A stretch of 64,000 nucleotides of DNA from Candidatus Poribacteria bacterium (GTDB lineage Bacteria; Poribacteria; WGA-4E; WGA-3G): NCBI GenBank assembly GCA_003635185.1, contig PYJA01000131.1:1035-65034 (forward strand), given 5' to 3'. Every line of letters begins with the position of its first letter. The first letter of the stretch is position 1. Below, piece after piece: positions 18,462 to 28,689 of the stretch. The translations under genes and the position numbers were made by a program. The notes below the pieces were generated by a model. That model saw nothing but the letters and a program-made list of their open reading frames with translations, ran no database searches and was not told the origin of the DNA.

Positions 18462-19232
18462 CTACTGAGTAGCATCCGTTTTAATCTGGCTCCACGTTGT
18501 TACGAGTTTTCCACCTGGTTTTACGTCTAAAGCCCCTGTGATCCCTTTATCCATCAATTCGTTGATTTCTACATCACTGAGAGCTCTGTCATAGAGAACA
18601 ACCTCATCGATCGTACCGCTCATCCAATAATTTCCGATGTTGCATCCGCCAATAAACAAGAAATTATCATGGTTGTCCGGATCCGTATTTGGTGCTGTTT
18701 GCGCATCAACCTTCCCATCAACATAAAGCTTGAAATCTGGCTTTGCATAAGTTGCGACGATATGATGCCATTTGCCATCAGTTATGACAGTTTTTGCATC
18801 AAACGACTTCCAACCACCTGTTGTGAAAGAATAATGAACTACACCAGAGTTAGTGTGCGCGAATGTTCCGTAGTTCCGCCCAGTTGGATTGCGATTCTCT
18901 TTTGATGCAATGATTTGCCAGGGACCGGAAATTCTCGGGATATTCACCCACGCTGCGAGTGTGAAAGATTTGAGGTCAAGCGCGGCATCATCATCTACTG
19001 TTACCATATCCGCTCCACCAAATTCCAAAGCACCACCAAACTTTCCTTTAACCCATTCTGGATTTCCTTGTGCAACTTTTCCATCTAAGCCGTTATCCGA
19101 AGAATCAGTAACGGTCTTTCCATTGCCATCATCCATTAGCCATGCACCGACCAAACCAGTTGTATCAAGTGCCGCAACTTGTGGCGAAATTATCAAAAAA
19201 CTTAGAAAGAGAAGAGATAACATTTTAAACAT
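18462..19232 (-). CDS. LamG/concanavalin-A-like lectin-fold secreted protein (tandem paralog)
   Basis: 256 aa with a signal peptide. Colinear with 17602..18372 along its whole length. Confidence 0.8.
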   Translation of the reverse strand: MFKMLSLLFLSFLIISPQVAALDTTGLVGAWLMDDGNGKTVTDSSDNGLDGKVAQGNPEWVKGKFGGALEFGGADMVTVDDDAALDLKSFTLAAWVNIPRISGPWQIIASKENRNPTGRNYGTFAHTNSGVVHYSFTTGGWKSFDAKTVITDGKWHHIVATYAKPDFKLYVDGKVDAQTAPNTDPDNHDNFLFIGGCNIGNYWMSGTIDEVVLYDRALSDVEINELMDKGITGALDVKPGGKLVTTWSQIKTDATQ

Positions 19233-19768
19233 GTGAAATGCTCCTTTGCCATGAGGCTCTATAGCAGTAAGAAAATATCTTTGCCTGCGTAAATTCCGTA
19301 AATGTTAAGTTTTAACGTGAGTTTTATAATAAACACTATAACGATTCACACACATTAGGAAGAGTCCTTTTCAGGACAACAACAAAAACCCGCGACGCGC
19401 CAAAATGCACGTGCGGGCACAAAGCGGCAGAACCGCTAATACTTTCACAGTTATTTTTTTGAAATGTGTTATATTTAATATAACGTGGGGGGGGGGATTC
19501 AAAACCGGATGTTAAAACGAAACCCGCAAGCAGGATGCCTGCCCAATCTTCGCGCAGACAATAGATATCTGCAGTGTTTTTCTCTAAATGATGATTCGTT
19601 TGTCGGTTTTTCATTGTCCAAAACCCCAAGTCCGAACACTAAAAATGCAGGGTAACGCAATTTTTTGTACGTATAACCTATTCACAACGTTTATTATATC
19701 TGCTAAATGCAACAAATGTCAATTTTTTTTAACACACAAAATTGTGGACAAAGCACACCCACTAAGTT

Positions 19769-21061
19769 TTAGATGACCGTATCCGGTGGAATTGTAGCGT
19801 CTTTTGGTACGATAACGATTCCATCCCGTATATAATAGTCTTCAGCATCGTAATTGTCAAGGTTTTTTGTATTTGCGATGACAGCATTATCACCGATTCG
19901 CGCATTTTTGTCAATAATTGCGTTCTGAATTAGGCATTTTTTGCCGATACCAACATTTGGCATTCCCGCCTGTTCGTTTTTTGCGCGTAGTGTATCTGAC
20001 TCATAATAATCTGCTCCCATGAGTACGGATTGATAAATCCGACTGCCGTTGGAGATAATACTGCGGATGCCGACAATCGTTCTGTCCAGTTCCGAATCAT
20101 CAATGATAGACCCTTCAGCGAGAATAGAGGAGCGGACACTGCTGCTATTCACTTTGGTGCTCGGTAGATGCCGGCGGTTTGTGTAGATAGGTGCTTGTTC
20201 ATCGTAAAAATTGAATGCGGGGGATACATCGGTGAGTGCGATATTAGCAGAATAGAAGGCGTGGATAGTCCCAATATCCTCCCAATACCCATCAAAAAAG
20301 TAGGCAGAAACAGGACGCTTCTTAATGCTTTTCGGAATAATATCTTTGCCAAAATCAACGTTTGCATCGTCTTGGAGGACCTCTTGTAGAACATCACTGT
20401 TAAAGATATAGATTCCCATAGAGGCGATGTATTCTCTTCCTTCGGATTCAATGCCGCGTGCGGTAAAAACATCTGGGGCAACACGTAACTGCTGCAATTC
20501 CCCTTCAGTTTGCGGTTTTTCTACAAAATCGGTGATACGTCCATTCACATCAGCTTGGAGGATGCCGAGTCCGCTTGTCACCTCTTTTTTCACAGGAATC
20601 ACAGAAACCGTTATGTCAGCGTTAGATTCAGTATGAACTGCCAACATTTTTCGATAATCCATGCGATAAAGATGATCGCCAGCAAGGATTAGAACGTGAT
20701 CATCTGCTACACGCGGATTAAGAATATAAGGCTGGTTATGCTTGATAGCATCTGCTGTGCCTTGATACCACGCATCGCCCATGAGCGTTTGTTGTGCTGC
20801 TAAAATTTGGACGAACCCGCGGCGATAGGAATCAAAACGGTAAGTTTGCGCGATGTGTCTGTTCAGAGAAACGGAGTTGAACTGTGTTAAGACATAAATG
20901 CGTTCCAAGTCTGAATGTAGGCAATTACTAATCGGAATGTCAACCAATCGAAATTTGCCTGCAATCGGGACACTCGGTTTAGCACGATCACGTGTTAATG
21001 GAAATAGGCGTGTGCCGCGACCGCCTCCCAGAATTACCGCAATCATGTTCCCTTTACTCAT
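19769..21061 (-). CDS. glgC: Glucose-1-phosphate adenylyltransferase
   Basis: Start at ATG 21061 (MSKGNMIAVILGGGRGTRLFPLT, after GGAGGAG), which avoids overlap with hisB. The 'GGGxGxRL' NTP-transferase motif and a left-handed beta-helix C-terminus are present. Confidence 0.9.
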   Translation of the reverse strand: MSKGNMIAVILGGGRGTRLFPLTRDRAKPSVPIAGKFRLVDIPISNCLHSDLERIYVLTQFNSVSLNRHIAQTYRFDSYRRGFVQILAAQQTLMGDAWYQGTADAIKHNQPYILNPRVADDHVLILAGDHLYRMDYRKMLAVHTESNADITVSVIPVKKEVTSGLGILQADVNGRITDFVEKPQTEGELQQLRVAPDVFTARGIESEGREYIASMGIYIFNSDVLQEVLQDDANVDFGKDIIPKSIKKRPVSAYFFDGYWEDIGTIHAFYSANIALTDVSPAFNFYDEQAPIYTNRRHLPSTKVNSSSVRSSILAEGSIIDDSELDRTIVGIRSIISNGSRIYQSVLMGADYYESDTLRAKNEQAGMPNVGIGKKCLIQNAIIDKNARIGDNAVIANTKNLDNYDAEDYYIRDGIVIVPKDATIPPDTVI

Positions 21062-21080
21062 AAAATTCTCCTCCGTTTTC

Positions 21081-21668
21081 CTACAAACTTCCTTTGGTAG
21101 AAAGCACTCCTGTGATACGCTCGTCAAACTGCGTAGCAATATCTAATGCTTTTGCGACTGCCTTAAAAATCGCTTCAATGATATGGTGTTGATTTGTGCC
21201 GTACGGAACGTTAATATGTAATGTTGTACCACTGTTGTTTACAAATCCGTGGAAGAATTCCTCAGCCAATTCTATATCAAATTTACCAACTTTCCCAGAC
21301 ACAAGCGGTGTTTCGTAGTGTAGAAAAGGGCGCCCACAGATATCCAAATCGACTTTCGCCAGAGATTCGTACATTGGCACAGTGAAACTGCCAAAACGTT
21401 TCATCCCTGCTTTATCGCCTACTGCTTTCTGCAATGCCTGTCCTAAGCAGATGCCGACATCTTCGGTTGTGTGATGTGCATCTACATGCAAATCGCCTTT
21501 TGCTTCAACTTCCAGATCAAAGAACCCATGTTTTGCAAAGAGTTCTAACATGTGATCCAGAAATCCAACGCCGGTGTTTATATTGGAGATTCCATCTCCG
21601 TCAAGGTTTAGACTGAGGTGGATTTGGGTTTCTCTGGTTTCGCGTGTGATGTCTGCTTTTCTTTCCAT
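21081..21668 (-). CDS. hisB: Imidazoleglycerol-phosphate dehydratase
   Basis: 195 aa. 'TRETQI...[14 protein letters not shown]', '[11 protein letters not shown]' and '[10 protein letters not shown]' IGPD signatures. Confidence 0.9.
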   Translation of the reverse strand: MERKADITRETRETQIHLSLNLDGDGISNINTGVGFLDHMLELFAKHGFFDLEVEAKGDLHVDAHHTTEDVGICLGQALQKAVGDKAGMKRFGSFTVPMYESLAKVDLDICGRPFLHYETPLVSGKVGKFDIELAEEFFHGFVNNSGTTLHINVPYGTNQHHIIEAIFKAVAKALDIATQFDERITGVLSTKGSL

Positions 21669-21794
21669 TATGCTGAATATCTTAAATTGTTAGTTTGTTT
21701 GAATCAGTCCAATCCAATATGAATCTACTCAATTATACGCTCAAAAATGGGTTTACGCAACGGAAAATCGGGGTATAAATGCTTCCATTCAAAA

Positions 21795-24404
21795 TTATGC
21801 CCATGTTATAAGTCCAAGTTCATAGACAGATTGCAAATCCTCATGTGAAGGCAAAACACACAACGTATAGCCGTGCAGCCCTGTTTGATTTAGAATAAGT
21901 GTGCCTTCAAACAGGTATTTTCCGCCCCCAAGGTCTTCTTGATATTCCATGTTTGTCACGCTGCCGTTCTGAATTTCGCCAGTTGAATCTAATACACCGT
22001 GATATATTTGGACAGCGAGTTCATTGGGAAATAGGGCATCCGTGTGGACAACTGCTTGAATTGAAACTGATTCTCCGACTGAGAGAGCAGACACATTTTT
22101 TGGTGACGTATCTTGTGTTTTAGGAATTCGCTCCTCAATACGCAGGTTACTCCAATGTTTACGGATGTTTGCTTTCCAATTGGCAAGTGCGATGCCGCGG
22201 CGCGCGTCATTTTGATTTAGCTTTAGCCATCTTTGATGTGCAGGAAAATAGAGGCGTTCTGCGTACTCTGCGACCATACGTTTTGTATTGAATACCGGTG
22301 CCAGGTTCTGCATTGCTGTTTTCATTTTTGCGACCCAGCCGTACGGAATATCATCAACGAGGTCTCGATCATAAAACAGTGGAACAACCTCGTTCTCAAG
22401 TAAGTCATAGATTGCGTTTGCATGTGCTTTGTTGACAGATTTTGAGTCGTCCGCTTCAGGTGTAGCGTCAATTGTCCAACCACCGCCAAGATGTTGAGCC
22501 TCTGCCCACCACCCATCAGCCATACTAAGATTGAGCGCGCCGTTTGCTGCTGCCTTCATGCCGCTTGTACCGCTTGCTTCATTCGGTGGCAATGGGGTAT
22601 TGAGCCAAACATCTACGCCTTCAACGAGGTAGCGTCCAACACAGATGTCGTAATTTTCAATGAAAAGGATTTTATGTCGGAATCGGGGTTCTGCAGCGAT
22701 CTTATGTATCTTTTGAATCAGGACTTTGCCCTCATGGTCATGCGGGTGTGCCTTTCCTGCAAAAATAAGCTGCACGGGACGTTCTGGGTCATTAAGGATT
22801 TTGGCAAGCCTGTCCAGGTCGTTGAATAATAGCGTAGCGCGTTTATAAGTAGCAAATCGCCGGGCAAATCCTATCGTCAACGCAGCAGAATTGAGAGTTT
22901 TTTCCACGTTCCCGTCTTCTTGATTAGTGTTTTGTGCTGCCAAAGTTTGGCCTGGACTTTTGCGGCGTTTCTGGCTTTGTCGCTGACGCGCAAATGCAAT
23001 TAAACGTTCGCGTCGACGTTCATGTGTGCGCCACAACTCCGTATCAGGGATCTGCGAAATCTGCGTCCAAACCTCTTGGTTCGTGAGATCAACGATCCAT
23101 TTGGGACCGAGATACCTGTCGAACAGACTCTGCATATCTTCTGAAACCCAAGATCGGGTATGGATGCCGTTTGTAATTGCTTTGATAGGAACTTCATGCG
23201 CGGGCAGGTTATGCCACAGATTTTTCCACATGTTACGGGAAACCTGTCCATGTAATTGGCTCACCCCGTTGGACATCGTTGAAAGTCTTAACGCGACTAA
23301 CGCTGGACTGAATTCACTGTTATTGTCCGATGGGTTTTTCCTTCCTAAACCGAGAAACTTTTCTTCTGAAATACCGAGTGTGACAAAGTAGTTTCTGAAA
23401 TAATGTTTAACGAGATCGGGGGGAAACCAATCAATTCCCGCCGGAACAGGTGTATGTGTTGTGAAGATGTTTCCTGCCGTTGTTGCTTCGCGTGCTTCGT
23501 CAAAACCGATACCGGTATCTGTCATCAATTGACGTATCCGTTCCAATGCCAAAAATGCCGCGTGTCCTTCGTTCATGTGGCAGACATTTGGATGGATATT
23601 GAGCGCTGCTAATGCACGGTAGCCGCCAATGCCGAGCAAAATCTCCTGCTTGATCCGCATGCGTTCATCGCCACCATAAAGATAATCAGTGATGTCGCGC
23701 AATTCAGCATTTTGATTCTCTGGGATATTCGTATCCAACAGATACAGAGGAATTCGCCCTACCTGTGCACGCCAAACCTTTGCATAAGCCTTTCCCTCTG
23801 GATAATCAACATGAATTAAAAGCGGACTTCCATCTGGTTTGTGTTCTGGGGTAATCGGCATATTGTAAAAATCGTTTTCTGGGTAATCAGCCATCTGCCA
23901 ACCGTCAGATGTTAACGTTTGACGAAAGTAGCCGTGGTGATAAAGCAACCCAACGCCAACAAACGGAAGCCCTAAATAACTGGTTGACTTCAGATGGTCG
24001 CCCGCTAAAACACCCAGGCCGCCGGAGTAAAGCGGCATGCATTCTGTCAATCCGAATTCCATTGAAAAATATGCAATTTTTATATTTGAGAGGGTTTCGT
24101 TGTTTGAATAGTTTTCAAACCATGACGGTGCAGAAAGGTACGATTTAAACTTTTTGTGGATAACATCAAGGTGTGCTAAAAAAACTTCATTTTTCGATGC
24201 TGTTTGCAACTGTTCCTGTGAAATCTTGCCGAGCATGGCAATTGGATTGTGATAGGTTTCTTCCCATAGTTCTGAGTCGAGGTGGCGAAATAGGCTAAGT
24301 GCCTCGTTATCCCATGTCCACCACAGGTTCAGTGCCAACTCCCGCAATGGTTCAAGGTTTTCTGGTAAGGTTGGCACAACTGATAATTGGCGAATTGGCT
24401 TCAT
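21795..24404 (-). CDS. glgP: Alpha-glucan (glycogen/maltodextrin) phosphorylase, DUF3417-type GT35
   Basis: 869 aa. N-terminal 'LPENLEPLRELALNLWWTWD' and the PLP-site region 'EASGTSGMKAAANG'. Confidence 0.9.
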   Translation of the reverse strand: MKPIRQLSVVPTLPENLEPLRELALNLWWTWDNEALSLFRHLDSELWEETYHNPIAMLGKISQEQLQTASKNEVFLAHLDVIHKKFKSYLSAPSWFENYSNNETLSNIKIAYFSMEFGLTECMPLYSGGLGVLAGDHLKSTSYLGLPFVGVGLLYHHGYFRQTLTSDGWQMADYPENDFYNMPITPEHKPDGSPLLIHVDYPEGKAYAKVWRAQVGRIPLYLLDTNIPENQNAELRDITDYLYGGDERMRIKQEILLGIGGYRALAALNIHPNVCHMNEGHAAFLALERIRQLMTDTGIGFDEAREATTAGNIFTTHTPVPAGIDWFPPDLVKHYFRNYFVTLGISEEKFLGLGRKNPSDNNSEFSPALVALRLSTMSNGVSQLHGQVSRNMWKNLWHNLPAHEVPIKAITNGIHTRSWVSEDMQSLFDRYLGPKWIVDLTNQEVWTQISQIPDTELWRTHERRRERLIAFARQRQSQKRRKSPGQTLAAQNTNQEDGNVEKTLNSAALTIGFARRFATYKRATLLFNDLDRLAKILNDPERPVQLIFAGKAHPHDHEGKVLIQKIHKIAAEPRFRHKILFIENYDICVGRYLVEGVDVWLNTPLPPNEASGTSGMKAAANGALNLSMADGWWAEAQHLGGGWTIDATPEADDSKSVNKAHANAIYDLLENEVVPLFYDRDLVDDIPYGWVAKMKTAMQNLAPVFNTKRMVAEYAERLYFPAHQRWLKLNQNDARRGIALANWKANIRKHWSNLRIEERIPKTQDTSPKNVSALSVGESVSIQAVVHTDALFPNELAVQIYHGVLDSTGEIQNGSVTNMEYQEDLGGGKYLFEGTLILNQTGLHGYTLCVLPSHEDLQSVYELGLITWA

Positions 24405-24676
24405 TCGGCAGCGTTCTCCTCATTATCAGCAGTGGATGTGGTGTTTAACATGAAAGCGGTTATTCCGATATCGTCAAGCATATTTCACTCCGATAGTGGT
24501 ATAGTTTTTAATCTGTGGTATCACAAAAGAATTATACTTTCATTTTCGCCATGTGTCAAGAATTATAGATTAATAAAGTGTGTGAAGTTTTGTCACATAA
24601 AGCGTATAAGGGGTGCGTAAATATTTTGGCAAAAGTTTGGGATAAGGTGCATTGTCTGAGACATTATCGTTTTTTC

Positions 24677-24832
24677 TGTCTGAATCGCGGAGGACACGGA
24701 TGACGCGGATTTCGCGGAAAGGGGTTTGGTCCGATACGTTCCTTTTCAAGAGATTGCGGCAAATTTTGAATAGGAAGTGTGAAGTCCTAACTCAATAATC
24801 TGTGTCATCTGTGCTAATCCGCGATTCAGACA
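24677..24832. mobile_element. MITE-like element with about 36-bp imperfect terminal inverted repeats (TGTCTGAATCGCGGA...)
   Basis: Left end tgtctgaatcgcggaggacacggatgacgcggatt. The reverse complement of the right end is tgtctgaatcgcggattagcacagatgacacagatt. Confidence 0.5.
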
Positions 24833-24873
24833 ACACACATGCCAAAAACTTTACACAATCTTTTGGATACAAC

Positions 24874-26031
24874 CTAACTCCGACTTGCCAATTTATTCGC
24901 AAAGATACTGATTAACCCACCTAACATCAGATACCCAAAAATTACCTCCAGCGTTACAAGCAGGCGCGCTGTGGCATTATCCGCAACGACATCACCGAAA
25001 CCGAGTGTCGTAAAGGTGACGATGCTAAAATAGAAGGAATTCCAAAACGTTAGCGGTTCGCCGCTATACTTGCCAGTTGCTTGGTGAAACTGGGGTGACC
25101 AATCTGGTATCCACGCTGATAACCACGATGGAAACGGCATATAGGCTATTGCAAATAGAAACGCAAAGAAAAGCGACCAGAATGCCCAAAGTCCTAAATT
25201 CCGTCCATAATCGGAACTCCATCGCCATAGACGTGCCAACATCGGATTCGCTTTATTGAACGCACGAATAAACTGCTGATCTGCGACATATCGTTTGAAA
25301 AACGGGTTGGCGACTTCGTCTACATGCTGGCTATCTAAATAGAATTCAGTCGGATTTTTTGAGTTCTTGGTAAACCTACTGATAATTGATTGGCGGATTG
25401 TGTTAGGAGTGTATTTAACATCACGAAATGAGGCAACAGCGGCAAACTTGGCAGCTGTAAAACGGGTGGTACCGAGGAATGTTGCTCGATTAAAAACAGC
25501 TACACCTGCAAAGTTTGTGCCTGTGCAGTCAAGTGTTTGTTGGAAAAGCACACGGCTAAAATTCGCTTCCTTTTGGAATTGTGCTTCATGGAAAACGGTG
25601 TTATCGTGGAATTGCGCTTGATGGAAATCGGCGACATTGTGGAATTTTGCACGCCAAAAACTAACGCTTTTATGGAAGGTGACACTATGATAGTTAGCAC
25701 GACCGTGGAACGTAACTTCTCGAAATTCACAATGATGTTGCATCGTAGCTTCGTCAAAGTCGAGGTCTGCCTCAAAAATAGTGCGGCGGAAAGAAATTTC
25801 TTGTTGGAAAACTGCTGTTCGGAAATTGACAATGTTTTTGAAGGTGCATCCGATACAAGATAGAGTTTTATCAATACAGATTTGATCGTTTTCGTTGCGT
25901 TCAAGTCCTGTTGCATGTAGGTCAATAACGCCTTCAATCGTACAATTGCTCAGGGAGATGTGTGAGGCATCGCTTTCCAACGCCTCAAGAAATTCCCGCG
26001 CTGCAATTGTCTCCCCGTGTTTTTCATACAT
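24874..26031 (-). CDS. Pentapeptide-repeat domain fused to a 2-TM K+ channel pore (Ion_trans_2-like)
   Basis: 385 aa. A long run of 5-residue-periodic F/L repeats is followed by TM1, the pore helix/filter 'FSIVTFTTLGFGDVV', and TM2. Confidence 0.75.
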   Translation of the reverse strand: MYEKHGETIAAREFLEALESDASHISLSNCTIEGVIDLHATGLERNENDQICIDKTLSCIGCTFKNIVNFRTAVFQQEISFRRTIFEADLDFDEATMQHHCEFREVTFHGRANYHSVTFHKSVSFWRAKFHNVADFHQAQFHDNTVFHEAQFQKEANFSRVLFQQTLDCTGTNFAGVAVFNRATFLGTTRFTAAKFAAVASFRDVKYTPNTIRQSIISRFTKNSKNPTEFYLDSQHVDEVANPFFKRYVADQQFIRAFNKANPMLARLWRWSSDYGRNLGLWAFWSLFFAFLFAIAYMPFPSWLSAWIPDWSPQFHQATGKYSGEPLTFWNSFYFSIVTFTTLGFGDVVADNATARLLVTLEVIFGYLMLGGLISIFANKLASRS

Positions 26032-26072
26032 TTACATCTATTCCTACGAAATGAAACACTTATACTTCGCAT

Positions 26073-27233
26073 TCAATCAGGCATCGTAGCCCATCCTTTG
26101 CTTTCCCGTATAGCATCAATAGCGATTTGGTAACGCCACCCGTCATGAAATGTCAAATACGGTTCGTGCGGACACCCCTCAATATCTGCAAGGAAATCAC
26201 GGACGAGTGCTGTCCATTTGTTTTGGATTTCATCTCCGATTTGTGGCAGATCGTCTGTTAAATTTTGGGGAACAGATAGTTCTTCAACTTCCTCACCAAC
26301 GTGTTTTGTGATAGGATGTAGAATGTGTCCGCCTCTGCCAACCAATGTGCCGTGCGTGCCGTAGAAAAACCAACCGCCCGTGGGTTTATGTGAAGGCACT
26401 CCTGGATGTGTACGCATTGTAGCAAGGATAGAATTACCGGTATCTGGATTCGGATGTCCCAATTTGAAGAACGCGGAATAATCCCATTCTGCGTCACATT
26501 CTCGCCACTCAAGTTTTGATGCTTCTTCGCGAGTTATCATCGTACTTCGCCACACCCGCCAGTCGCGAATTTCTGGGACAACTGGGGCTTTCCTTGGATA
26601 GATTTTTGCCTCACCCACTGCAGACGCAGTTTTCATACCCGTCATTCGTTCCAGCATGCCGAGTCTATGTGTGAGTCCATTGTTCAACGCGCCGCCACCG
26701 TGTGCAAGCGAACTCATCCAATTCCACGGCTTAATCATATCTGAAGGGGGACCTCCTGGAAACCTGCGGGTGTATCCGATGTCAACGGCGGTTAAATCAC
26801 CGATGACTTTTTCCTGCGCCAGTAGTTGACGCACATACGCAACACTCGGATCGTATAGATGTGTTGCCGCGAAGGCGTGTTTTAGTCCCGTGTCCTTGAT
26901 AAGACTATAGATATGACCTGCTGCTTCAGCGTTAAGTGCTAAAGGTTTTTCGCATACAATATGGCAGCCGAGTCCAACTGCTAATTCAATAACCTCGGTG
27001 CGTAAAATGGCAGGCGTTGTGAGTGCTACAATATCTGGCTTATGTTCCAATAAACTTTTTCGCCAATCAATTGAAGCGTCAGGTACGCCTAATCCAGAGG
27101 CAACTTTCTGTACTATATCTGGTTTACGAGCACAGATGGCAAGCACATCAACACCGTAATGCTGAAATGCTTTTGTGTGTCCTTCAGCGGACCAACCTGC
27201 GCCGACTATAACTGCTTTTAGTTTTTTGTTCAT
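26073..27233 (-). CDS. Gfo/Idh/MocA-family NAD(P)-dependent oxidoreductase
   Basis: Start at ATG 27233 (MNKKLKAVIVGAGWSAEGHTKAF), a Rossmann GxGxxA motif. 'CEKPLA' is the family signature. Confidence 0.8.
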   Translation of the reverse strand: MNKKLKAVIVGAGWSAEGHTKAFQHYGVDVLAICARKPDIVQKVASGLGVPDASIDWRKSLLEHKPDIVALTTPAILRTEVIELAVGLGCHIVCEKPLALNAEAAGHIYSLIKDTGLKHAFAATHLYDPSVAYVRQLLAQEKVIGDLTAVDIGYTRRFPGGPPSDMIKPWNWMSSLAHGGGALNNGLTHRLGMLERMTGMKTASAVGEAKIYPRKAPVVPEIRDWRVWRSTMITREEASKLEWRECDAEWDYSAFFKLGHPNPDTGNSILATMRTHPGVPSHKPTGGWFFYGTHGTLVGRGGHILHPITKHVGEEVEELSVPQNLTDDLPQIGDEIQNKWTALVRDFLADIEGCPHEPYLTFHDGWRYQIAIDAIRESKGWATMPD

Positions 27234-27307
27234 TGCTAATTTTGCACCTCTACTATAGCTCAATGTGTAATACCAAATTAACAGGATTTATCTTGTGCTA
27301 TTGGGAG

Positions 27308-27333
27308 ATAGGTGCGGTTTCCTAACCGCACCT
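27308..27333. repeat. REP-like hairpin TAGGTGCGG-TTTCCTAA-CCGCACCTA
   Basis: Read directly. It lies between convergently arranged genes and shares its loop with the 5685-5746 element. Confidence 0.5.
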
Positions 27334-27441
27334 ACCGCAATGAATCACGTTATTTTGGTATAAGAACTGCAATAACAAAAGTTGATAATTATGGAGCAGC
27401 GGTATCACGATTCGAAGATCGTGCCTCATGGAAACGTGACC

Positions 27442-28590
27442 TTAACTCCGACTTGCAAGTTTATTGGCAAAAATACTGATGAGTCCACCAAGCATAATAT
27501 ATCCGAAAATGACTTCAATGGTGACGAGAATGTGAGCGGGGGTATTGACTGCAACTACATCCCCAAAGCCTAATGTCGTGAAAGTTACAATGCTAAAGTA
27601 AAAGGATTTCCAAAAAGTCAAATCTCCGTTTTCATTGCCAGTAATTACCTCTTGGAATTCAGGCATAGCTTCGTGAAGCCATTCTGGATACCACGTAGGT
27701 GATTGCATATACACTAATGAGAACGAAAGGGCAATTAGCAGTGACCAGAGCGCCCAAAGTGCCAGGCTGCGACCATAATCTGAACTCCATCTCCAAACTA
27801 ATGCCCAAAACGGATGTTTTTCTCCGAAAGCGCGTATGTACTGTTGATCCGACACGTAACGTTTGAAAAATGGATTCAAAACCCCATTAATATCTTCACT
27901 ATCTAAATAGAATTCAGTTGGCTGCTCTGACTGATGGGTAAATTTGTTTCGCAGCCATTGCCATACCGTGTTTGGGATATAACTCACGTCTCGGTAGGAT
28001 ACCGCAACAGCAAACCGTGCAGAAGTAAAGTCAATCTTTCCGAAAAATTTGGAATGATTAAAAACCGTGGTTTCGGAGAAGCGTGCTTGCACACAGTCTA
28101 ATTCTTTATTGAAAAATGCACTACTGAAATGGGCAGCGTCTTGGAATATTGCATTTCTGAAAACAGTGTTTTCCTGGAATTGCACCTCGTTGAAATCTGC
28201 AACCTGTTGGAAACTGGTTTGTCGGAAACATGCCTTCCCACAAAAAGTTGTTCCACGAAAAAGGGCGGCACCTTCAAATTCCGATTCTCCAAAATCACAA
28301 GAATTTTGGAACACAGTCCTACGGAAGTAAACAGCATCTTGAAAAACGCAATTTCCGAAAAAGACATCTTTTTGAAAATCAGTTTTTTCGAATTTGACAA
28401 TGTTCTTGAACGTACACCCTATGCAAACAATTTCTTTATCCACTACAGATTGTTCATTGGATTCGGTTGAAAAGACGGTTGCCCCTTCAATAATACAATT
28501 TGTCAAAAATACGCCTTCATAATCCGCTTGCAAAATAGAGAGGAACGTATCCGCATCAAGTGTTTGTTCGGTCCCATGGTAAACTTGCAT
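27442..28590 (-). CDS. Pentapeptide-repeat domain fused to a 2-TM K+ channel pore (paralog)
   Basis: 382 aa. Colinear with 24874..26031 and has an identical filter 'FSIVTFTTLGFGDVV' and C-terminus 'GGLISIFANKLASRS'. Confidence 0.75.
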   Translation of the reverse strand: MQVYHGTEQTLDADTFLSILQADYEGVFLTNCIIEGATVFSTESNEQSVVDKEIVCIGCTFKNIVKFEKTDFQKDVFFGNCVFQDAVYFRRTVFQNSCDFGESEFEGAALFRGTTFCGKACFRQTSFQQVADFNEVQFQENTVFRNAIFQDAAHFSSAFFNKELDCVQARFSETTVFNHSKFFGKIDFTSARFAVAVSYRDVSYIPNTVWQWLRNKFTHQSEQPTEFYLDSEDINGVLNPFFKRYVSDQQYIRAFGEKHPFWALVWRWSSDYGRSLALWALWSLLIALSFSLVYMQSPTWYPEWLHEAMPEFQEVITGNENGDLTFWKSFYFSIVTFTTLGFGDVVAVNTPAHILVTIEVIFGYIMLGGLISIFANKLASRS

Positions 28591-28689
28591 TTAAACTCCA
28601 ACTGTGGATGCAATAGTTTTGTGTTTAGACAGAAATAGACATATAACAATTAGACTTTGAAACTGATGCTAACAGAGCGTCCCGCATGG

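Noticed and set aside
19487-19496. G10 homopolymer about 255 nt upstream of the LamG gene 18462..19232, considered as a phase-variation tract
   Set aside because: It has no defined relation to a promoter or start codon, and it is a single occurrence. It could equally be a sequencing or assembly-prone site. It is noted only for read-level length checking.
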